The position numbers and the translations under genes are program-made. The notes below the pieces were generated by a model. It made no database searches and was not told the origin of the DNA. It saw nothing but the letters and a program-made list of their open reading frames with translations. A stretch of DNA of 64,000 bases from a virus: the IMG/VR virus record IMGVR_UViG_3300021962_000026. The stretch is one strand, 5' to 3'. Positions within the stretch are counted from its first letter, which is position 1. Every line of letters starts with the position of its first letter. Positions 9,259 to 21,200 of this stretch are shown piece after piece.

Positions 9259-12200
9259 TTATAACTCCAACTCCTCCACGTATCCTGGATCTACATAGCC
9301 ATCTTCTATATATTTTGGACTATTGTTTTCTGCTATAAAGTTAGGCAATGCTGCTTCGCATGCTTTTAAGAATGCAGCGTTTACACTGACACTGCTTTGC
9401 AAACCATTGCCATCTGCTGCACTACTGTTACCAACAGTGTACCAGGTTTTTGTATGTGTATCAGTAGCAGGTAACCTTTGATTATCTGTTGTATCGTAAA
9501 CCTGAGTTCCTTTTAGATGAGTTGGTGCCCAGCGAGTCCCCATAGTGCTGCGTCTAATGTTTGTAACATAGTTGTCTTCATAACTGATTTCCCAGTATGT
9601 TATACGTTCGTTACCAACATAAATTACACCTGGTTTATCGCCTGTTGGATTTGCAAGTGGTAGTTTGCGAGCATCCTCTACATAAATTTTGGTATCACCT
9701 GCGAGTAAGTCTTGTGAAAGTTGGGTTTGTCCGTCGTTACAAAGTCTAAAGTATTCGTAGTTACCCAACATATCGTTAACCATTCTATAACCTATAGTTG
9801 GTTCTATTTTGTTTTCACTAAAGTGTGTAACTATGATTTCACTGTTTGCATTTACAATTTGACTGCTTAAATCTATTCTACCATTATTATCAATAGTAAA
9901 TTCACCTGCATGTAATCTTATACCATCAAGTGTTACCCAGAGATTGTTTCCGCTTGTAGGTGTTCTATCAAGAGTATACTTGTTAAGAGCAAGACCAGTT
10001 AGTGCTTCAGCGTCAAAATCTCCGCTATCGTATCCTACTTCATCGAACTCATCAATTGATGCAACTAATTCACTACCCTGACCAATAAACACCTTTGTTT
10101 GTATTCTTAAGGGATCGTGATTGTTAAATGATGTTACATAAACTTTATCGCCTGTAACAAAACTTACACTTGGATCTATTCTTAAATCACCAGCATCAAT
10201 ATAAAACTCATTTCTATTTTCTACACTAACAATTAATGTATCACCTGAATTATAAGCACTAAGCAAGTTGACTTGATAAACGGCAGTACTAGTTGCATCA
10301 ACTGTCTCTGTAATTGTATAATCTTGTATGTAAGCAAGATTTTGTGTAACATTGTTAGTCTTGTCAAGTCGTGTTACGCTGATGTCACCAGTACTTGTAT
10401 TGACTGCTGTTTCTTGAGCAGTGTGTGGTACTAGATATGAAAGTGTGCTGCCATCTAGAGTGTAATATTCACTATTGGCTGGACGCAATCTTTCAGTACC
10501 AAGTTCTACTATAATATTACCAGTAAGCGGATTAGCAAAATCATCGTCAAATGCTTGATCTAAATTGTAAATGTATGTACCACTTGTTAGTGTAATTTCC
10601 TGGGTTTGGCCATATGTAAATGCTGGCTTATCTTCACTTCTGTTGCTTACAAGTACATGTATTACTGCACCATCACTAGGCGCTGAATAAAAAGTTAAAT
10701 TAACAACTAAATTTTGCTGAGACGTTGTAACATCTGTAGGAACGCCGTCTACTAATACTATTAGTTGTGTAAAGCGTCTATATTCTAAACCAAGTGTAAA
10801 TTGTAATGTGCTGCCGTCGCCAATAATAACTTCTTCATGAGTTAATTTTTCTCCAGTAACACCATAACCATAAATTCTAATGTTTGTTCCACTAACAGGG
10901 GTACTTGCAAAACTTATTGTGCGATATTCATAATCTACTGTAAAGTTAAATATTCTTGTGCTGCCTTGATATACCACCAAGTAATCAACTAGTTCTTTTC
11001 TTGTTTGAGATCCGTATGAAAATTTGTTGTTAAGCCCGTCTGCAATATAAGTTCTGCTTACTGTTTTAAAACTGTTACCATCGCCGAGGAAGTCATCACT
11101 TGGGTCAGTGTATACTTCCATGTCAAGGTTGTCAAAAACAATACCAGGCACAAACTCTTCTGGAGCATGACTGTTGTAGACATCAACAAATTTGCCGCCA
11201 TCTACATCTATATCCTCTGGTCTAGTTCCCAGTGCTAGATCACTAAATGTACTTTTTATAACTGTATCTAAACCACTTACAGTAGTCAATCCATCAGTGT
11301 CTATTTCAAAATCATCAAAAGCACCAACATCCCATTGTGAACTGTCGAAACCAGGCTCTTTATCGAACCCTAGTCCACTAACCTTATTAGCCAAATACCC
11401 TGTTCCTGGCTGTAGTAGTTCTAGATCATCGCCTATCATACCCACACTAGGGACATAGTAAGCACCAATACGATCTGCTGCACTGGTTAGGTTTTCATCA
11501 GCATATGGAACAAGCACTGTAGCACCTGTAGTATCTTCTACACTAAAGGTCGTACCAGTCGTAAACCCGCCTACTTTATTAACCTGATACACTTCCTGAA
11601 TCTTTGTAGTAGTATTGTAATAAGCAACTAAATCATTATTGGCATAAGTTGTGCTAGCAGCCCAATCTTTAACAGTCGTACTATATGTTATTCTATCAAA
11701 TTTTAGTGTTGTATCAAACTCTCTAACCTGGTCATTTTTAAGTCTAGGTGAAAGTTTTAAGCCAGTGCCTTGCCCAGTTATAGTAATTGTTGGATTCTTA
11801 GTATATCCGCTACCCTTGTTAGTCATTGTTACTCTAACAATGCCGCTGCCATTTGTGACAGCAATAGCAGTAGCCTGTGTACCACCAGCAACATCAGGTG
11901 CACTAATTGTTAATACAGGATTGTCCAGGAATCCAGTGCCTGCACTAACTATAACAATGCTATCAACATAATAAGTGTAATTTTGACTCCAGGGTTGGTT
12001 TAGGCCCTGTGTTCTAGTTATTTCATCTCCACCATAGTCTCCACTTGGCTTACGGAAATATTCCAGGCTGCTATCATAAAAACTATGCAAGTCAAAGTCA
12101 GTTACATCGCCATTCCAGTTGTCGACGCCATCATACTTTGCTACATATTCCCTTATAGTTGTATGATAAGGTTTGACTTCATTAATATATTCCTCAACAA

Positions 12201-15200
12201 AAGTGCTATTGTCTAACTGATAGGTTGGATACTGGTCTAGATCTCTAATTTTATGAAGTACTCTTATGAAACTAGTTTTTAACAACCAGTCAGGATTACC
12301 AACATTGACTTCATGTAATGCATATTCAACCATTCTAAAGAACAGTATGTTAGCATTGAGTGCTAGTTCACCTGTAAATATTTCATTAAATACTGCTGTT
12401 GCTATCGTTCTTACTTCTTGGTGTGGAACTCTATCAAAGTTTGCAAATTCAAACACACCAGTATCGAAACCAATAAAACTGCCAGTTTCTATATTGTTAA
12501 AATCATACACTGTATCTAATATTTTAATTGTGCCTTTTTCAATAATAACTTCTGTCCAGATAGTACCATTGTACTGGAACAGACTAAAATTACCATCATC
12601 ATTGCTTAATACTTTGGCAATGTCACCACTAGCAGCACTTGTAAGTGTTAATAAATCTGGTTCTGTACTTACTGTATATTTTGGAATAGTTGTATTATCA
12701 AAACCTGTAGCATACCAGGTCACATAATCCCAGTAACGAGCAGTATTATACCCTTGAACCCTTGTTAGGTTCCATGTACGAGTATTATCGGTTGCAATCT
12801 GTAATGTATACAAGGACCAATTATCATTATTAGTTTCGTCCTTTTCTACAAGAACTTTATAACCTGCAGGCAAAGTTAGGACTGCTAAAAAGTCTCTTGT
12901 TTCTACATTTGGTACTTTTTTGTCATATGTAAGACTGGATGGCTGTGGATCGCTTGCAAACAAACTTGTAAGAACAAATTGTCTTGCAATAGGTCTGCTT
13001 GCAAATATATTATTGCAATAATTTACAAAAGTTTTAAGAGCTGCTTGTCTATTAACAAACATTGTTTGTCGTGGACGAATTGCTATGCCGTATCTTTCTC
13101 CAGCACTTAGCGTTGCATCAGGAACTACTGCTCCAGTTTTGTCAGCACCTGCTAAACTATCAATAAGTTTTGCTTTAATGTTTGCTGGCAATATTTGAGC
13201 ATCATCTCCTTCACTTACTAATTCAAATTCGCTGTGAACAATGCCTTCATTTTTTACTACATCATAGTTAATACTTAGAACAGTATTTCTATCTGCCCAG
13301 GAATTGGACATATTGTTCATAACAAAGGCATTTTTATCTATAATGCTAATATATTTTGTACCCGTACTCATTGGATTTTCAATAAGTTGTCTTACACCTT
13401 CAGTACTAATCTGTCTGCGTTCGTCGTTAGGGAATGTAGTTAAGCCTGTTACCCAATAGTAATATCTGGTAACACTAGTATTTGTAATGCTGTTATATTG
13501 TAAACTTACACTGTATGCACTGTCGTCTGTATGCTTTGGAGTTCCAGGTAAACCACTGGCAACATGTAGGCTAGGAGGTACTGTACTTTCTGTCCATTCG
13601 TAAATATCAATGCTACTGCCAGGGAAGAATTGATTCCAGTGTTGGCTTCTATATTCTAAGTCACCTTGCTCATATTCTATGACTCTACAGGTGCTCAAAT
13701 CCCACCATAGTCTACCAACTTTTTCATCATTCCAATTGTTATTTTCAGCATAGGTTACTTGATCCTGAATTGTACTTACATTGTATACAGCAGGATCAAT
13801 AGGAAGAATATAGTCTAGTTCGCCTTGTGCAATGCCAGGCAATTTATTTTTGTAAATGTCAACAGTGTCTATAAAGTCTTGTATTTCATTTGTGGTCTTA
13901 TCATAAGTAACAATTCTGTTAATAACATCAATATCAACTTTGGGTGTTTGTACACGATATTTGTTCCAGGTATCAGTATTGTTTGTATTCTCAAATAAGT
14001 AAAAACTTCCTGCGTTTGATAGCCATATATCATCTGCAGGACTGCCAACAAATATTCTGCCTGCATTTATTGCTACACTGCCACCGAACTCATCAAGTGT
14101 TCCAATATTAATGCTTCTAAGTTGTTGTCCAAATGCAAATTTTGGCGGATTGGCACTGCTTTGTGGATTACTAATTGTATTGCTACTGTCAAGTAAGTCG
14201 TATACATAAGCAGCTCCACTTTGTGAAACTTTATCAATAAATTTAGTGCTGTTTGCATCAAATGTAGTTAGTGGCTCGTCATATGTTACGCTAGAAGTGT
14301 TAGTATCTATGTCAAACTCTGCTGGCAAAAGTGTAGTTGCTCTGTCACTGCTAATTACTAATCGTTGTTTGCCTGCACCATCAACTGGAATAAACTTATC
14401 CATTTCCACTACACGACCAAAATTTTCATTCTCGCCAGCAAAAGGATGGTTTATCTTTTGTGCAAATTTAAATGGTCTAACTTCTGCTAACGCTCTAAAT
14501 GTTGTGCCAACGCCTGGTCTTACTTTGAGTTTTTTGTTGGGTACAGTACTTGTAGAAGTAATTTTAACCTGGCCATTTGTAGTAAGGGTTGCATTTATAT
14601 TAACTAGGTCTGTGCTTGTATTAATAGGAGTTGCAAAACGAGCAGGGTCAGCACTAGTATTAAAACTCATGGTAACTTCAAAATCATCTACGCTAATACT
14701 ATCAAATTGTGTAGTAAAAGTTGATTTGTTGGTGCTCGTAGTAGTAACTTCACCGAATCTTAAACCTTCGTCTATGAATACAAAAACACTTCCTGTATTT
14801 GGGTTTGTTTCGTCTTCGCCAGGACTACCCACAGTTGCTATAGCACCGTATGCATCTAATGCAACACTATAACCAAAGTTTTCATTATCTTGTGGCGTTT
14901 CACCACTAACAATAGCATCTTGTTGAGTAAATATTTGCATTTCAACAAAACTACCAGTGTATACTCTAATGTTAGTTCCCAGAGCAGGAATATATCTAAA
15001 ACTGATAGTATTGCCTACTACAGTATATCTGTTTTCACTACTATCACTATCAAAACCACCAAAGGAGCCTGTTGCAAGAGACTGTTTTACACCATCTACT
15101 TCTATGTAAAAATTGTCTGGCAGGGTTGTGGTTGCTGTAAATTCATGTGATGTCCCATTGCCTGTAAATCTTTCCACAATGTGATGGAACATATATGCAC

Positions 15201-18200
15201 TGCCTGCATCAGTTTTGCCATCTACATCACTATAAGGTGCACCTACAATTAATGTTTCACCTGTAGTATCAACATCTAAACTAAAGCCAAATTGGTCTCC
15301 TGAAAGAGTAGAAGATCCTGTAACGCTTCCCGAATAATTAAAGTAACTTTGTCTTCGAACTACTAAACTAAGACTTGCAGCAGGCGCAGTTGTAAATGTT
15401 AATGTAGTTCCAGAAACTGTCCAATCTTTAAATGGCAAGTATTCTTTGCCATTCCCATCTTTAATGTAAAGTTGGTATGAATTGTCTGCTGCTGTATCTA
15501 GTGTAAATGCTGTAGTGCTATTATCGCCAGTAAATGTTTGGCTTGTAACTTTTGATGATGCAACTTCTACAAGGGTATATATATGAACTTTATTTTCGCC
15601 AGGAGCACCAACAAACAAATATCTGTCGTCTTTACTAATTGAGACACTGTAACCAAACTTAGCAGCAGCACCTGGACTTGGAAGTCTTATACTTTGTGTA
15701 AGATTGGTAAAGACACCTGTGTAATCACGCTTGTACATGAATACATAGCCAATGCTACTTTCACTACTTGGCGCACCTACTGCTAACCATTCCGTACCTG
15801 CTGCTACGGCGAAACCATAAGCGTCTATACTGGTTCTAATGTCTTGGGCTACTATAGATGTACCAGGATTAAATACGCCATTGCTATCCCTGCTGTAAGG
15901 GTATACCACGCCAACTGATTGTTCTGGAGAGCCAACAAACAAACTTAAACTGTCATCAGTGATTGCTAAACTTGTACCAAATTTACTATCACCTACAGAT
16001 TCAATATTGTATGATACATTTTTATAGTTCCACGGAGTGCTCTTTTTAAATGTAGCCCAGTTCTGATTCTCATCATAATCTACCCAGGCAAGTTCGTTTT
16101 CTTGCCAACCATAGGGAGGTGTGAAGGTTGCAATATTACTTGTGTTAGCGAATCTACTGCTTGTTAATTTGTAAATTGCAATTACTAAGCCAGTTATTTC
16201 ATCTATTTCAACATCATCATCTACTCTTATTGTAAATTGGGTAGATCCATATGTACTATGTACTTGTTTAGCACCGCCAATTATTTGGTCTGCACTTTTA
16301 ATTACAATATAATCATCTTTAACTAGGGTGTGTGTTCTATTAGTAGTATAGGTAATAAAACCTGTACCTGATTGGTTTAAACTTATAATTTCGGCATTTA
16401 TCTCTGTAACACGATAAATGTCCCAGTCTAGATTGCCCTTGGCATTCCATATTGTTGTGCCTCTGCCAATTGTAGCAATATTAGCAGTAATTTGATCTAA
16501 ATTGTTTTCTAAATCAAACACAGTAAGGTCGGCGTCATCTATACGGACATGTCCCGCACCAATTATGTCTGTTTTCTTTACATTGCTTGTTCTAGTATTA
16601 AAAATGTTTTTATCATACTTGTTTGGAATCTTTAGCAGGTCGCCTGAGTAATATGCTAATCCCAATCCTGACCCAGTGTCTCCTGCATTAAGCAATTCTA
16701 CTGTTACTTGATTTTCCTGTGCACGAGCTTCATCAACAATAAGTTCAATTACCTGGTTGCTGTCTATGCTACCAAATGCACCAGCCCTAAAGCCCCATTC
16801 CTCAAAAACTTCTATCTCTTGGTTTAGATTTGTTAGTTCCGCAGTAGTTAATCTATCAATAACATTCTTGGTACCTTTGTTACGCACCATTCCCTGATAG
16901 AACTTAACCTGGCTAACATCGTCTAAGCCCAATTGATCTAGATAGTCTCTAGGTCTAAAACCAATTTGACCCTTGGCAGCCTTATCTGTGCTGCTTTCCA
17001 AATTACTTTTATCAAAGTCGTAAAAATCTGTAAATCTATCTGCTTTCTGTGTTATATTAGGCAATAAACCTGTTTTCATATCAGTTACTGGACGCCAATT
17101 GTTAAAGTTAAACTTTGTTTCCCCAGTATGATTATCTACAGCAGCATATAGTTTTTTGTTATGATTTACAATGTCGCCTTTTTTATAGTCAGTATTTTCT
17201 ACCCAAACATCAAATTTGTTTGCATTGTTAATAAAGCCTGGACTATGTAGTGTACCGTTCCAAGGATTACTCTTGAAACCAACAAACTTAATTCTTGCTT
17301 GTCTGTTACCAAGTTCTGGTTGGTAAATTACATCATTAAAGATAGTTGTGTTGTCTACAACAAGATAGTGTTCGTATTGAATAGGGTCTAATTGAGCACT
17401 ATAGATCTGATTTGTATCTGCATTAACCGTAACTACACTCAAGTTATCTATTCTACTTACATTGTATTCAGTTGCTCTAAGAGCCTTATTGCTTGGATTT
17501 TTAATGTTTCCTGTTTTAGCAAGGTTATCAATAGTAGTAAATGGTCTATTAACTCTTATTTCGTTATTAGCTGGACTAATACCAATTACGCTATTAACTG
17601 GCCAGCCCTGTTGATCCCATAATAAAAATTCTTTAATAGCAAGCGCAAAGTCTTTAGTCTCATCATTGCTATTTTTATCCTCAAATATAAATCCTTTTGC
17701 AACAAGATAACGCTGATAGGCTACCATGAAGTCACATAGTTGTTGCTTTGTTGGTATTATTGTACCATAAGGAATATTACTAATGAATTTTTGTGAGTCT
17801 TGATATACTACAGTAGTAGTATTACCAACTGTAACTGTAATATTGTTTGGACTCTTTAGGCTTGGTATAATTTTAAAGAATGGATTATCAGTATCAAAAC
17901 CAGTAACCTCATAACCATTAACTCTCTTTGTTACATTTACGCCACTGTATGTAATTCTTTCTAGCGGTGTACTTTTGTTTAAGTAAAGATTTAAGTTTTC
18001 GTCCGGCACAAAGATATTGTTACTAGTACTACTTGGAGTAGTGCTTTCAATTATTAATTTGCATTCTGCTAGGTTTGTATAACCTGCAATTGGATGAACT
18101 AGTTTTAGTTGTAAATTTTGAACTCTTGTTTGTAGATCGCCAATACTTAAACTTTTAAATTTAAGATAACTTTCTAGGAATTGATTATACCCTTCTACGC

Positions 18201-21200
18201 GGTTAACGCTAGTAGTTGTGCCTATAGTTGTACCATTAAGTTTGTAATCACTTATTTTATGTCTATAAGATTTATTTTTCTGTAGTATTTGATCATAACC
18301 AGTGTTTTTTTCAACAAGGTTAGCATCCCATAATAGTGCAAAATATTTTGCTGGACGTTTTAGGGCTGCTAGAATTTGTACAACAAAAGGCCATTCACTG
18401 CTACGTTTCCATGCTGCTTCTACAGGCGCAGTATCGCCAATTCTCCAATCATTTGCGGTGTTTGTTTCAAAACTTCCCTGGGTCAGAAATTGTCCAGGAG
18501 GTATGAGTTTTCCTTGATCATCAACTGGGATAAGGTTTGTAAGTCCTGGTCGCTTCCATAAATCATTTGTTGTATAGGCGGAATCTTCATCTGCACTCTG
18601 AAATCTCTTACCATCTTCTAGATCCTGCCAGAGTACATAGTTACCTCGTGTATAAGGTGCTCTACCATATCGTGTGTCCCAATAACTTGGCTTTTCATAA
18701 AATCCAATCATCTCCCAGGGAGTTAAATGTGGAGTTTCAGTGTCATATAGCCAACGATATATTGCACGCCAATATCCTGGCAATCTACTATTTTTGTCTT
18801 TTGTAGTTGCATAATTATAATTCCAGGTAAATTGATTTTCAATTTGGTGCTGTGTATTTGTTATATAATCTAGTTGATTTTTGTGTGCCCAGGTAGCAAA
18901 ATACTTTCCTATTATATTATTGTCTAGTGCAAAATCAGCTAGTGTATCTCTAAAATATCCACTGGATATTTCTAATATATTAAAAACATCAGGATTGTAA
19001 TTAGTTTTAATATTGTTATAAACTCTGGTTTCGTATTCAAGTATTATACGGTCACGCAAATCTTTATAGGCTACCCAACGGCTACCATCATGACCAACTA
19101 TAACTGGAGTATAATTTTTATATTCTTCATAAGCGTCAGTGTCTATAGCGCCATGTGCCTGATTAGTTGAGGGCATATAGAATATTCTATCTGTACCTTC
19201 AAACTTATGAGGATGTGATTGGCCAGCGGAATCGGCCGCTGCTGCCGCTGCACTAGTTGTATAAAGTGGATAATACCAGCCAGTTTGTCCTTGGCTACGC
19301 TGAACATAACGACTATCACTGGTACCATAAATTTTAAATGGACCAGTACCTGAACTTGTGCCAGTCTGATAAGTGTCATCAAGGCTTATGCTTGGTTGAA
19401 ACTTTGGATATAAGCCCAGTTTAGATGGTGTAGGGGGTACAAAACTACCATTTGTATTAGCATACTCAACAATTTCTATAACATCACCTACTGCAAGATC
19501 GATCTTATCATTGAGTGTTACACTTGCTTGTACAGTATCAAAGGTATAGTCTTTGCCATAAACTAGTTGAGTCTTTTTTCCATCCTCGTTTAGATATACT
19601 AGGACACCCTGGCTACTAACACTTGTTAAATCAAATTGTGTAGTAAACTCAAATGTTCTTTCTGTAGTTTGGTCAAGAGTAATATTAGTTACAGTTTTTT
19701 CACTTCCCCAAGGTAGCATATCTGTATAGTAAAATGGGAAATCACTGCTTTTACTGCCAACCATAAAAGTTAAGATTGTATCAAGAGCCCCGCTTGGATT
19801 TCTGAGATCTATATCTAGTTTGTCCAGATTATCTAAGAGCCTGTTTTTGAATCGTGTGTATTCCTCTAATGAATACTTCATGCTGCTAACAAATAGATTA
19901 TCATCCATTGTTAACAAGTAGTGAGCCAGGGTACCACCTGCACTATGTTGTAGGATTTTACCACTGTAATTTTTGTAAGTTAAGTCTCTAGCATTGTTGG
20001 AACCTAAACTTTTCCCAGTAAATCCAGCAATGTTTCTTGTTATCTCAATAAAATGGTTTCTGCATTGACCTAGTGTTAGTGTCTCAAAATCTGCATTATT
20101 AGCATTGTTCTCTAGGTTACTGGCAACTTCATAAAATCCCAGTGGGTTTACAGTGTCACTGTATACTCTTATAAGAACAACATCATCTGTTGCCAAAGCA
20201 CTGTTAAATGTAACATAGAATTTGTCGTTTTGTGCTAACTGACTATATTTGTCTGCTGTTTGGAATGTACCATTTACAAATACTTGTAGTGTGACATCTC
20301 CAATTATTTCCTTGGGCTCACTGCCAATTTCAAAAACATATTTTTCTGAATCGACGATGTGCTGTATTTGCTGCCACTGTCTACTTTCATGTTTTACTTT
20401 AGTCCAACCATTATGTAAAGTTCTGGTTGTTCCGTTATATTTGTGGGCGTGCCCGCTTTTTATAATGACATTTACACTGCCTGTACTACTGGTGTACTGG
20501 AATTTGTCAGTTATGTAGTTGTTTTCAAAAACAATGTCACCAACATTAGCAATGTTTTTGTAAGTTAGACCAAAACCTAGGATTGTGTCAGCACTTGCAT
20601 TATTATTTCTTTTGTAACTAAAAAGTTTATTGCCAGTAAAGTTTGTGCTGGCATATTTTGTTGTGTCACCAAAACTTACATGATCGCCATCAAATACATC
20701 AAATAATGGTTCTTGATTTAACTTAGTCTTTTGTTGCGCTAGTTTCCAGATATTATTGCCTGCGCTGTCCGTTGTATAGTAAAATACTTTACCCTGGTTA
20801 GTCGAACCTAGACTACTTAAAACGCTATCATTGATACTAACTGTATCAATTTTTACAAGGTTAATAATTGGAGCAGTAGCAATGTTAGCATCCTGATCTA
20901 TATGATCTACACGATAAATGTTTTGACGGATATCAGGATCTGCACTAAAGATAATCGTAACACCAGGTGTTAACTCTATTCCGTCACTATAGTAACCTAG
21001 TGTGCCATTAACATTACTGAAAGCATCAGTTTGTACAGTATCAATAACTGTGACTGGTGTTTTGCTCGTTATGCCCATGTTAAACAATTTTAGGCCACTG
21101 TCAAATTCTATAATAGGACGTTTTGCTCTTGCCGCATCATCAATAATTGTATTAAAATTATTATAACTTGCAGTAGCAGTAATTACATTACGGTGGAACC

